A DNA stretch of 64,000 nt from Eledone cirrhosa (lineage: Eukaryota): NCBI GenBank assembly GCA_964016885.1, contig OZ024759.1, positions 5,084,001 to 5,148,000 of the forward strand. Reading direction: 5' to 3'. Below are positions 48,834 through 61,879 of the stretch, piece after piece; the stretch's first letter is position 1, and every line of letters begins with the position of its first letter. Both the position numbers and the translations under genes were made by a program. The notes under the pieces are model-generated. The model was given only the letters and a program-made list of their open reading frames with translations, was not told where the DNA came from and searched no databases.

Positions 48834-51804
48834 CCCTTTAGCATTTACATTACCCTGTATTTACTATTGTATTTTCATGGTAAAGGCTTTACCTCACATA
48901 ATTATCTCACGTAGCATTTACATTACTCTGCATTTACTATTGTATTTTAATGGTAAAGGCTTTACCTCACATAACATTTACATTACCCTGTATTTACTAT
49001 TGTATTTTCATGGTAAAGGCTTTACCTCACATAATTATCTCATAACATTTACATTACTCTGTATTTACTATTGTATTTTCATGGTAAAGGCTTTACCTCA
49101 CATAATTATCTCACATAACATTTACATTACCCTGTATTTACTATTGTATTTTCATGGTAAAGGTTTTACCTCACATAATTATCTCATAACATTTAAATTA
49201 CTCTGTATTTACTATTGTATTTTCATGGTAAAGGCTTTACCTCACATAATTATCTCACATAACATTTACATTACCCTGTATTTACTATTGTATTTTCATG
49301 GTAAAGGCTTTACCTCACATAATTATCTCATAACATTTACATTACCCTGTATTTACTATTGTATTTTCATGGTAAAGGCTTTACCTCACATAACATTTAC
49401 ATTACTCTGTATTTACTATTGTATTTTCATGGTAAAGGCTTTACCTCACATAATTATCTCACATAACATTTACATTACTCTGTATTTACTATTGTATTTT
49501 CATGGTAAAGGCTTTACCTCACATAATTATCTCATAACATTTACATTACTCTGTATTTACTATTGTATTTTCATGGTAAAGGCTTTACCTCACATAATTA
49601 TCTCACATAACATTTACATTACCCTGTATTTACTATTGTATTTTCATGGTAAAGGCTTTACCTCACATAATTATCTCACATAACATTTACATTACCCTGT
49701 ATTTACTATTGTATTTTCATGGTAAAGGCTTTACCTCACATAATTATCTCATAACATTTACATTACTCTGTATTTACTATTGTATTTTCATGGTAAAGGC
49801 TTTACCTCACATAATTATCTCACATAACATTTACATTACCCTGTATTTACTATTGTATTTTCATGGTAAAGGCTTTACCTCACATAATTATCTCATAACA
49901 TTTACATTACTCTGTATTTACTATTGTATTTTCATGGTAAAGGCTTTACCTCACATAATTATCTCACATAACATTTACATTACCCTGTATTTACTATTGT
50001 ATTTTCATGGTAAAGGCTTTACCTCACATAATTATCTCATAACATTTACATTACCCTGTATTTACTATTGTATTTTCATGGTAAAGGCTTTACCTCACAT
50101 AATTATCTCACATAACATTTACATTACTCTGTATTTACTATTGTATTTTCATGGTAAAGGCTTTATCTCACATAACATTTACATTACTCTGTATTTACTA
50201 TTGTATTTTCATGTTAAAGGCTTTACCTCACATAATTCTCATAACATTTACATTACTCTGTATTTACTATTGTATTTTCATGGTAAAGGCTTTACCTCAC
50301 ATAATTATCTCACATAACATTTACATTACTCTGTATTTACTATTGTATTTTCATGGTAAAGGCTTTACCTCACATAATTATCTCACGTAACATTTACATT
50401 ACCCTGTATTTACTATTGTATTTTCATGGTAAAGGCTTTACCTCACATAATTATCTCACATAACATTTACATTACTCTGTATTTACTATTGTATTTTCAT
50501 GGTAAAGGCTTTACCTCACATAATATCTCACATAACATTTACATTACCCTGTATTTACTATTGTATTTTCATGGTAAAGGCTTTACCTCACATAATTATC
50601 TCACATAACATTTACATTACCCTGTATTTACTATTGTATTTTCATGGTAAAGGCTTTACCTCACATAATATCTCACATAACATTTACATTACTCTGTATT
50701 TACTATTGTATTTTCATGGTAAAGGCTTTACCTCACATAACATTTACATTACCCTGTATTTACTATTGTATTTTCATGGTAAAGGCTTTACCTCACATAA
50801 TATCTCACATAACATTTACATTACTCTGTATTTACTATTGTATTTTCATGGTAAAGGCTTTACCTCACATAACATTTACATTACTCTCTATTTACTATTG
50901 TATTTTCATGGTAAAGGCTTTACCTCACATAATTATCTCACATAACATTTACATTACCCTGTATTTACTATTGTATTTTCATGGTAAAGGCTTTACCTCA
51001 CATAATTATCTCACATAACATTTACATTACTCTGTATTTACTATTGTATTTTCATGGTAAAGGCTTTACCTCACATAATATCTCACATAACATTTACATT
51101 ACCCTGTATTTACTATTGTATTTTCATGGTAAAGGCTTTACCTCACATAATATCTCACATAATATTTACATTACCCTGTATTTACTATTGTATTTTCATG
51201 GTAAAGGCTTTACCTCACATAATATCTCATAACATTTACATTACTCTGTATTTACTATTGTATTTTCATGGTAAAGGCTTTACCTCACATAATTATCTCA
51301 CATAACATTTACATTACCCTGTATTTACTATTGTATTTTCATGGTAAAGGCTTTACCTCACATAATATCTCACATAACATTTACATTACTCTGTATTTAC
51401 TATTGTATTTTCATGGTAAAGGCTTTACCTCACATAATACCTCACATAACATTTACATTACTCTCTATTTACTATTGTATTTTCATGGTAAAGGCTTTAC
51501 CTCACATAATTATCTCACATAACATTTACCTTACTCTGTATTTACTATTGCATTTTCATGGTAAAGGCTTTACCTCACATAATTATCTCACATAACATTT
51601 ACATTACTCTGTATTTACTATTGTATTTTCATGGTAAAGGCTTTACCTCACATAATTATCTCACATAATATTGAATCTACAAGATTTTAATATTATTTAT
51701 TTTGAGAAGAAAACCTTAACATCAGTATGAGTGGCCAGTTGCAGCTGATTTGAACAGAGGTTAGAGAATTCTGGCCGGATATGGCCAGTTTAAATGCTAA
51801 AGGG
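48834..51804. mobile_element. TTAA-specific (piggyBac-type) MITE expanded by an internal 61-73-bp tandem array (about 39 units)
   Basis: ttaa|ccctttagcattta ... taaatgctaaaggg|ttaa. The array unit equals the subterminal part of the 221-bp MITE at 61422-61642. Confidence 0.85.
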
Positions 51805-53473
51805 TTAAACTGTTTACATTCCATTATAATTTCATGTAAGAACCTTTGTTAAGTTATATTCCAAACCACCTGAACTTCCCCAGGTTCTATGCTACAAAAT
51901 TGTTTATTCCAAAGCCTTTATATTATCTAAAAATCTTCCATCTAATTTCATGTAAGAACCTTTGTTAAGTTACATTCCAAACCACCTGAAACTGCCCTTA
52001 TTCCACTTTAAGTTTACGGTTCATTTCTTTTTCATTTAGAATTGTCTCCTGCAAGAACATAGATGAAAATGGATGAAAATGCACAAAAATTCAAACTGGT
52101 TATAATCAACAAGTAAAATCTTATTCATTTTTTTTTTTTTGGCATGGCATTGGAAAAGCATCACACTGTCTAAAAACGTCTGTCTTAAACCAGAAGGCTT
52201 GTTAGGCCAATGCTTATCTCGGTTTCATGGCATGAAGCAACTTGAAGTACAAGACACCTTGCTGTGAAGGCACATGTCTTAGTGGTTAGAGCATTGGGTT
52301 TGCAATCGAAAGGTTGTGAGTTCAATTCTCGGACCAGGTGATGTGTTGTTTCCTTGAACAAGACACTTTATTTCACATTGCTCCAGTTTACTCAGCTGTA
52401 GAAATGAAATGATAGGACTGGGGTCCGTATCATTAAATTACCCTAGACACCTCCAACGAGATATACCTTGGAGGAGGCCAGCTAAACCTGCATATGTGTG
52501 AGCTGTAACAACAACAACCTCGCTGGACAGGACACCAGTCCATCACAGTGTTAAACCTCCAGCTATTACTGGTACTCATTTTCAGCTATATAATACAATA
52601 TATTTTTCGTTACGCTGGTGCTTATCTCTGGGAGTACAAGTATCGACTGGGAGTACAAGATTCCCCCTGGACAGGACACCAGTCCATCACAGGGTTAAAC
52701 CTCCAGCTATTACTGGTACTCATTTTCAGCTGAGTATACTGGAGCAATGTGAAGTGAAGTGTTTTGCTCAAGAACACAACATGTAACCCAGCTCAGGAAT
52801 CGAACCCATGACATTATGATTCTAAGTCCAACACCCTTACCACTAGGCAATGCACCAAACTGTGCAACTCCTAAATATTTTTGTATCTCCTCGTGTTTGT
52901 GTTTTTGTAGTTTTTATGTCAAATGAATTCAGAGCATAATCGACATGAGATGATTTCAACTAAAACCTGTTTCCCTATAAATATGAAACACCCTAATATA
53001 TATGTATATATGTTAAAGGTATATTATAAAGAGAAAGGACCTGCTGGCTGAGCTCTTGCTCTTTATAAAATAGCCATGCTCTACTACCGCGGGCTTTGTG
53101 TTGTGTTCTTGAGCAAGACACTTTATTTCACGTTGTTCCAGATCACTCAGCTGTGGAAATGGGTTGCGATGTCACTGGTGCCAAGCTGTATCGGCCATTG
53201 CCTTTCCCTTGGACAATATCAGTGGCATAGAGAGGGGAGGCTGTTATGCATGGGCTACTGCTGGTCTTCTACAAAACAACCTTGCCCAGACTTGTGCCTT
53301 GGAGGGGAACTTTCTAGACTCAAATTCTATGGTCATTCGTGACCGAAGGATCTCTTTACCTTTTACCCTTACTAACCCATGTATCGAATACTCTGTTCAG
53401 TAATGGTCTAACTAGTTTTAAACTGGTTCTATCCTGATTTATGTTAAAGGTATAAAGGTATCTATATACTTAT

Positions 53474-53662
53474 GAAAGACCTCCACTTCACACATGCTAA
53501 GGCTAGGTCCTGACAGCAGAATTATTGTGATTTTGTTGCCCTTAACAGGACTAGAACATTGCACATCAATAACTTTTGTCTTCTCTAGATTGGAAATCTT
53601 CTCACATATTCTGTGTTTTTTGTCTTTTGATACCAACACTATTATTGAGAATTTATTTTGTG
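53474..53662 (-). CDS. Exon: C-terminal part of F-type lectin-like domain (189 bp); donor reads ATAAGT
   Basis: tttttctgcag|CA CAA AAT ... ends LSMCEVEVF C|ataagt. In frame with both neighbouring exons. L-x2-CEVEV is the typical FTP-domain end. Confidence 0.8.
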
Positions 53663-54942
53663 CTGCAGAAAAACATGGTAAGAAAGTTAAAACAAAAAAC
53701 AATTAGCAATGGTATTTGGTGGTGGTGGTAGTGGGGATGGTGGTGAGGAGGAGGGAGATTTGGGTAAAGTTTAGTCAAAAACTGATTGGCAAACATGGGC
53801 TTGGACGAGTGCAAGATTTAGGGCACATGAAGCCCTGTGCTAGTTATGTTATGAGGCCTCTTACTCGTAAAAAATTCATCATAAAAAATTGTGCCAAATT
53901 TAGAATTAACCCTTTAGCATTTAAACCGGTTGTATTCGGCCAGAATTTTCTCAACTCTTTCTATTCAAACTGGCTGTAACTGGACACTCATACTTATATT
54001 AAGGTATTGTTCTCAAAATAAATAACATCAAAATCTCATAGATTCGATATTATGTGAGATAATTATGAGGGCGGTGGTTTGGCAGTATCGGTAGAGGGTC
54101 GGACGCCATGCTTTGCCGCATAGAGTTACGGCCCTTTATGATTTTAGTTCAATCCCGCCGAGGTTAACTTTGCCTTTCATCCTTATGGGGTTGATAAAAT
54201 AAAGTACCAGTCACTCACTAGGGTCGATTTAATCGACGTTCGCCTACCCCAAAATTGCTGGCCTTGTGCCTATATAAAAAACCATTATGTGAGATATTAT
54301 GTGAGGTAAAGCCTTTACTGTGTAAATACAATAGTATATATAGAGTAATGTAAATGTTATGTGAGGTATTATGTGAGGTAAAGCCTTTACTGTGACAATA
54401 CAATAGTATATATAGAGTAATGTAAATGTTATGTGAGATATTATGTGAGGTAAAGCCTTTACTGTGACGATACAATAGTATATATAGAGTAATGTAAATG
54501 TTATGTGAGGTATTATGTGAGGTAAAGCCTTTACTGTGACAATACAATAGTATATATAGAGTAATGTAAATGTTATGTGAGATATTATGTGAGGTAAAGC
54601 CTTTACTGTGAAAATACAATAGTATATATAGAGTAATGTAAATGTTATGTGAGATATTATGTGAGGTAAAGCCTTTACTGTGAACATACATTAGTATATA
54701 TAGAGTGGTTTCTTTATTTGCCACTAGGGCACAAAAGGTAGGGACAGATACAAGGGGGGATGTTTACATATAATTAACGAGTACAAAAATATAACAATGA
54801 AATAACAACAACAAACGAAGTCCTCAATAGGGAGGGGGCATTAACATGGGTCGCACACACCCCGGAAAAATGTGCAACCCTTCTCCTCAGGAGCACAAAG
54901 AGTAGGTGATTCCCTCGTCTCCTCTTTTTCCTCTTCTTTCAC

Positions 54943-57900
54943 CTACAGGCTGATATAGAGAGAAGACCCATTCACTCTGGCCATTCTCCCTACTTTCACC
55001 CACCTTTCATAAAACTTGCTGGGGTAGAGCACCTCTCTCTCCATTCTGATCCTTCTTTTAAAATGGTATTTGAAAAAGGGGACCAGTTGTTGGCCGGAGA
55101 GATAGGTGTCTGACCTCAGCCCTTTCAGCCTCGTCCACCATACAACTTCTTTAGCCATGGCTATCACACAGAGAAAAACCGCCTCTCCTTCGTTTTTGAA
55201 AGGGGGAGGCGGTTTGATTGTGACAATGGACTCGGTGGTCAACCGGATTGGTCCCACCTTCGACAGTAGTCGTTCCACATAGCCCCACAGGTCAGCAATG
55301 CCTGGGCAGTGTACGAATGCGTGCGCAACCATTTCGTCATCATGCACGCATCTCGGACAGATCTTATTCAAAGGATCCCTACCCAAGCTCCCATGCCTGG
55401 AGCTTGTCTCGAACGGGTAGAGCCCCTCGGTAGCACTGCCAAGCCAGGGACTTTTGGATGTTGTCCATCGGTCCAGGGCCAAACGTCCTACCGAACAGAC
55501 TGGCCAGTTCATCTTCCTCCATGCCTAGAGCTTCTCCGAGAGCATCGTCGCACCTGCTGCGTACCAACCCTCTATAGAATGTCGAGGTGGAGTCTCCACT
55601 GATTGCCGGGTCCGCTTTCCAGAGGGCCGTGAGCGCCTGGGCACATTCAATGTGCCAGTCGCCCACTTTTCTCGGTCTTTGCTTGACCCATGATTGCAGC
55701 TCGGTGAGCGAGACGAGTCTGGGAAAGGCTCGCCTCACAAACGGGGCCCACACCGGTTGACCGGTGAGGAATACCTGGAGGTGCCGTAGCCTTAATGCGT
55801 GTTTACGCATCTGTAGCCATGGCATCCCCAGCCCTCCTTTCGAAGGGTGTTGACAGCAGATGGATCTCCTCCCCAAAGGGGTCCGCTTGTTCCAAAGAAA
55901 TTGGAACAGCGCGCACTCCATTTTGGCGAGTCTTTTCACTGGGCAAGGCACGACGGTCAAGCGGTAGTAGATGACGGATGCTATATAAGTATTCGCCACC
56001 TCCGCTCGACCTTTCAGGGATAGTTTGCACTGGGCCCACACCCTGGCCGTTACCTTGTTCCAGTTTTTCTCCACCTGGAGGTCTGGTCCGAACGAGACCC
56101 CAAGCAGCTTCACCGGGCCCTCTGTCCAGCGTCCGACGACCTCGTTGGAGGGCATCGGTTTGCCTCTCCATGTTCCGAGTTGCAAACCGACGGACTTGTC
56201 CCGGTTCAGCTTGGCTCCTGTAAACCTTTCATATTCCTCCAGTAAGGTGCCAATTTGCGAGGTTTTCGACACCATTACTGTCACGTCATCGGCGTAGGCC
56301 GACGCCGCTTTCTGCAATCCCGGTTCCAAAGTGATGCCCTGCAACCGCTCCAACTTCCGCAGTAGTGGCTCAAGAGCCAGCACATACAGAAGGGAGGAGA
56401 GAGGGCATCCCTGTCCGATGGATCGCATGATTTGGAACGGCTCCGAGAGGTGGCCGTTCACCTTGACCCTTGAGCAGGCGTTGCTGCTGTGCATCGCAGC
56501 AATCCAACCCCTGAAAAAGGGTCCGAAGTCTGCCGCCGTGAGCACCGCATCCAGGTAACGATGGTCAACCCTATCGAAAGCTTTAGATTGATCCAAGTTG
56601 ATCAGGGCCCCACTAAAGCCGGGTTCATTCCCTACCCTCTCTATGATGTATCGCATAAGGTGGAGATTGTCGTGAATGGACCTGGACGGGATTGCGCATG
56701 TCTGCGCTTCTCCCACCAGGTTTCCGACGACAAGCGCCAACCTCTTCGCTAACACCTTGGCCAAAATCTTTAACTCTGTATTTAGCAGAGTTATGGGCCT
56801 GAAGTTACTTATGTCATCCCCCTTGTTCTCACCCTCCTCACCAGCGTAACTACGCCCTTGGTCACAGAACTGGGAATTCTCCCGTTCTGCTGCCAGTTGC
56901 AGTAGACCGCTTCGAGGATATCAGAGAACAAGTCCGGCATCGCTACATATAGCTCGTAAGGTAGACCATCGACACCCGGGGATTTGCGTTTGCCGCTTTG
57001 GCTCAGCGCCGCCCCTATCTCAGCAGCTGAAATCGGCCTTTCGCAGGACTTCGCCTCCGCGTCCGAGAGGCGCGGCAGACCGTCGAGGTATGGATTGAAA
57101 TCCATAGTCTCACCCGGCGCGCCGCCCCTCTCGAACAGTCATGCAAAGTGCCACTGAAAGGCCGCACACATCTGCCCAGGTTCAAGGATCACACGCCCAT
57201 CCTGGTCCTTCAAAGACCGAATCGTGGACTTGTTACCACTTTTTGCCTCTGTCACTCGGGCCCAGCTAACAGCTTTGGCTCCCTCATTACCCAGAGCACG
57301 TATTTTACTCCTGACAACGCAGCCTTCATGCTTCACCTCAAAGAACTGGTCTAAGGCCATTCTTGATGCCAGCACGCTGGCTACATTGCCACTCCTAATC
57401 GCCTCATCTACTCTATCTACTAATTCCCTTTCCGTCTTGTTCCTATCCCTTGCTAATTCCTGACTAAAACCTATCGATTCTATTCTAATTGCTCTCTTAA
57501 GAGAGATCCACCACCTGTTGTTGACAATTGCCCCTGTCAAACTCTGCTTAACTAACGTGCTAATCCATTTACTGTAAGCTTTGCTTGTCGGTAAGGACAA
57601 GTTCAGCTTCCAGTAACCGGGTCCCTGTCTATGGGTTCTATCAAGGTTGGCTATGCAGGTCACTAACTTGTGATCCGAATAGTCAACCATGAACATTTTT
57701 GGACAGCTAAATGTGTCCCTATCCTTCTCTCTAACTAGGATCCTATCTAGGTACGACCTAGAGCCGCTGCGATTGGTCCACGTCCATAGTGGTACAGTCG
57801 GAAAATCTAGTCGATATCTATCGGCCAGGTCAAATCGGCCAATTAACCGTTTGAGGCTTTTACACCCCTCTGTATTGGCACATGCCCCTACATAGTCCCA

Positions 57901-58347
57901 ACGTGCATCCAGGATACCATTCCAGTCCCCCACTAAAAGCAAGGAGCTGGACGTTCCCAGAAAAGTTTCCAGATGTTGGAAGTATTCCGGCCGTGCTGCC
58001 CAAAAAGGGGCGTACGCAGCAATTAGTCTAAGGGCTCCACTTTCACTACTGCCGACTTCTAAAACCACCAGTCGACCCTCCGGGTCCAGGTGCACCTTCT
58101 GTATGGTGAGGCTCAGGTATTTTCGCAGCAGAACGACAACTCCACCCCCACCCCCCGGTTGACAGAGAGATGCGAAGATCTCAAAGTCGTCGAAGAGGGG
58201 CGCCAGTTGGCGCTCGCTGCTGATCCTGGACTCGCAAATAGCCATTACATCCATTCTATGCGACCTGAGATCGTTTAAAAGTTTGCCTTGTTTCCAAGAC
58301 AGTCCCAGGCCGCGTACATTCAGACACCCAACTCTTATATCAGCCAT
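54943..58347 (-). pseudogene. LINE ORF2 (APE endonuclease + reverse transcriptase + zinc finger), disrupted
   Basis: CLNVRGL, LLVGDWN, SYLDRIL, YSDH; KSPGVDGLPYE, LDQSKAFDRVDH, QGCPLS, YADD; CPRC..HAFVHC. In-frame TGA at 57139-57141 and frameshifts near 56840 and 55400. Confidence 0.93.
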
Positions 58348-58352
58348 GTTGG

Positions 58353-60209
58353 TTAAAAGAGGAAGGACCTACCTGTTCGGCTCCTGAGGAGCAGGTTGCA
58401 CAATATCCATGGGCGTATTGGAGGGATTGTTTGGTGGGGTGTTGTTTTGTGGTGGGGTGGGGTGGGGGTGTTTGGTGAGGTGTGGGTGGGGAAACGTTTC
58501 AAGAGGACGCGGTTATAGGGTCGAGTACATGTTTTCCCCACGTCCTCAGGAAAGTTCTCTCTTAGTTTTGCATAGGTGTCCATTGGGAGTCTTATCATTT
58601 TTAAATGCGGTTTGTTGGCCGCGCTTGCAAAGAATTGCCCTTCAGTTTCCACCGAAGGGTCTTTGTGTATTGTTTTTACTAGTTCTCTGTTATTTGTGTT
58701 AATGTATGTATACTGTTTTATTTGTGTTGTGTTTGTTTGTTGTTCTTGTGTGTGCTTGCGTTTTGTTGTATGTGTTATGTTTTGGGGCGGGGCGGATTTT
58801 GTTTGTTCTGTTTGTTTTGTTTTTGTTGGTGGTTGTGTGTTTCTTTCATTTATGTTCGAGTGGTGCTTTCTTTTTTTCCTTTTTACAGGTTGGAAGGGTC
58901 CCCCCCTCTTCGTCACTAGGTGCTATTTCAGCTGGGTCCTCGTCCGTGCTGTCGGGTAGTGGTGTATTTTGGGGTTTTGTTGTGTTTGTGTGTGTTTTTG
59001 GAGTTGCTTTGGGTGGGGCCGTGTCTTGTGTTATTTTTCCGTGTTGTTTTTTGTTGTTGTTGTGGTGGTGGTAGTGGTGGTGGTGGCGGTGGTAGTGTGT
59101 GGGGTGTAGGCAAAAGAGCCTTTTTTTTGTCAATTGAGGGCAGGCAGCCCTTAGATGACCCCTGCTTGAACAGTAGTAACATATGGGCCTCCTACCCTGG
59201 GCTGAAATGTATATAAATGTTTCTCCATCGAGGGACACCCTCTGTGGTATTCTAGCTATTCGTTCTGGTCTCATTTGGACCAGAACCTCCACGCTCAAAC
59301 CGCAGAAAACGTCTGTGGTGACTTCTCCTACTGAAAGGATTCCGTCCTCGTCTTCTAAAAATCCTGTTAGTACCCAGGAAATGCATTAATTTGGCCGGAT
59401 TCCGGAGACTCTTATTTTCTGCGTTCTTTTCCCCAAATATGTGGGGAGAAATGTGTGTAGCTTGGAAACAATTGGCGACACAGAGTATTTCCTGGCCGTC
59501 AATTGATCCTTCATTAGCACCGTTATATTCCCATAGAGTGGCCCTTTTTGTATGAACGATATATCACTCCACACACTTTTTAGGACCAGCTCAATTTCTT
59601 TTGGGATAATTGAGCTGGTTTCCTTGTTATGTTGGAAATTGTTCTGAAAGATATCGTTCTTAGTGTCGTGTCTCTTTTGATTTCTTGTGGGGAGGTGATT
59701 GTGAAGTCTCCTCCTTCTTTGAAAGTTACATACTGTTTTGCTTCCTTCATCTTTTCTCTCAGAGTTGTAATGTCCAGTTGCTTGCAGGTCTGTGTTTTCC
59801 GGACCGCCTGTGCAAAGGAGGCACCAGTAGTGGGTTCGCTTTGTTTGGTGTTATCGTTATTTTTTCCTTGGTTGGTGTTGTGACTATTGCTGTTGTTGAT
59901 CATGCTGTTATTGTCATTGTTGTTTTTGTCTGCGTTTATGTGACTTTCTGGGTTTTCACCCATTTTTACAAATTTTTCTTTTAATTCCGTGTTCCATGTT
60001 TCTTTATCAGAAGTGAGGAGGGAAGACTTAGAGCCTTGTGCTTCTAGCTTCTCTGTATCACCTTTCTTAGGGGGCGTGGCTTTCTTGTTAGGATGAGATG
60101 TGAAAATTCCGTCCATTTCTATCAGTTTGCCGTAATAAATTTTTAAAAGGAAAATTCGCCCCAAAAAGGGGCGAAAATAAATAAACTCAAAGTTTGACGA
60201 CCAAGGCAA
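58353..60209 (-). pseudogene. LINE ORF1 (gag-like, zinc knuckle), fragmented
   Basis: Four consecutive ORF pieces directly upstream of ORF2; CX2CX4HX4C at about 59140-59185. Confidence 0.8.
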
Positions 60210-61421
60210 GGGGTTAACGTATATTACAGTATAAAAAAATTAATCAAAACTCACTTTTGAGTAAGTAAATCCAACTCGGTAGCCGAGCTTGTTCACACAC
60301 GTCAACACACGTCTCTCGTATACGAGATGTTATGTGAGATATTATGTGAGGTAAAGCCTTTACTGTGAAAATACAATAGTATATATAGAGTAATGTAAAT
60401 GTTATGTGAGATATTATGTGAGGTAAAGCCTTTACTGTGAAAATACAATAGTATATATAGAGTAATGTAAAAGCTATGTGAGATATTATGTGAGGTAAAG
60501 CCTTTACTGTGAAAATACAATAGTATATATAGAGTAATGTAAATGTTACGTGAGATATTATGTGAGGTAAAGCCTTTACTGTGAAAATACAATAGTATAT
60601 ATAGAGTAATGTAAATGTTACGTGAGATATTATGTGAGGTAACGCCTTTACTGTGAAAATACAATAGTATATATAGAGTAATGTAAATGTTATGTGAGGT
60701 ATTATGTGAGGTAAAGCCTTTACCACAAAAATACAATAGTATATATAGAGTAATGTAAATGTTATGTGAGGTATTATGTGAGGTAAAGCCTTTACTGTGA
60801 AAATACAATAGTATATATAGAGTAATGTAAATGTTATATGAGGTATTATGTGAAGTAAAGCCTTTACTGTGAAAATACAATAGTATATATAGAGTAATGT
60901 AAATGTTATGTGAGGTATTATGTGAGGTAAAGCCTTTACCACAAAAATACAATAGTATATATAGAGTAATGTAAATGTTATGTGAGAGATATTGTGAGGT
61001 AAAGCCTTTACTGTGAAAATACAATAGTATATATAGAGTAATGTAAATGTTATGTGAGGTATTATGTGAGGTAAAGCCTTTACTGTGACAATACAATAGT
61101 ATATATAGAGTAATGTAAATGCTAAAGAGTTAAAACATAACTTAACAAATGTTCTTACATAAAGTTAGGATAGAAGGTTTTAAGATAGTTATAAACATTT
61201 TATCATAAACTAAGATGCGTGGCTCTGTGTTTAGAGTATTCGCCTCACAATCGTAAGGTCATGAGTTTGTTTACCAGCGGAGTGTTGTGTCCTTGAGCAA
61301 GACACTTTATTTCATATTATTCCAGTTCACTCAGCTGGCAAAAATGAGTTGTACCTGTAATTCAAAGGGTCAGCCTTGTCACACTCTGTGTCATGCTGAA
61401 TCTCCCTGAGAGCTATGTTAA

Positions 61422-61642
61422 CCCTTTAGCATTTAAACTGGCCATATCCGGCCAGAATTCTCTCACATCTTTCTGTTCAAACCAGCCATAACTGGCTGCT
61501 CATACTTATGTGAAGGTATTGTTCTCAAAATATATAATATCAAAATCTCATATATTTGATATTATGTGAGATAATTATGTAAGATAAAGCCTTTACCACA
61601 AAAATGTAATATTAGATATGGAGTAATGTAAATGCTAAAGGG
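61422..61642. mobile_element. Unexpanded 221-bp TTAA-MITE inserted in a SINE
   Basis: 14-bp TIR ccctttagcattta; TTAA at 61418-61421 and 61643-61646. Confidence 0.9.
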
Positions 61643-61879
61643 TTAAGGGTATGCATGTCTGTGGAATACTCAGCCACTTGCACGTTAATTTCATGAACAG
61701 GCTGTTCCAGTAATAGTGTCAACTGGAACACTCATTGTTGTAACCGACAGTGCCAGTTCAAGTTCAAGGGGTAGAGTTGATTCAGACAGTTTGGTATCCA
61801 AACAGTTAAACAATTAGGAACATGTGTGTTTCATGCCAATTATAAATAAATGTCTTTAGTAAATGGTGACATTCTAGAA

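Larger units (their letters stand above)
54707..60326 (-). mobile_element. Near full-length, decayed Tx1/L1-clade non-LTR retrotransposon
   Basis: ORF1 with a CCHC knuckle (CYYCSSRGHLRAAC), ORF2 with APE, RT and a C-terminal Cys/His motif, and AATAAA near the 3' end. Confidence 0.93.
53910..61129. mobile_element. Composite TTAA-MITE containing a SINE (54068-54282), a 72-bp array (54286-54706, 60327-61120) and a LINE
   Basis: ttaa|ccctttagcattta at 53906 and taaatgctaaagag|ttaa ending at 61133. Orientation is opposite to the 48834-51804 copy. Confidence 0.82.

Noticed and set aside
48379-53473. U12-type AT-AC intron explaining the AT donor
   Set aside because: U12 donors read ATATCCT. This one reads ATAAGT, and the acceptor is AG.
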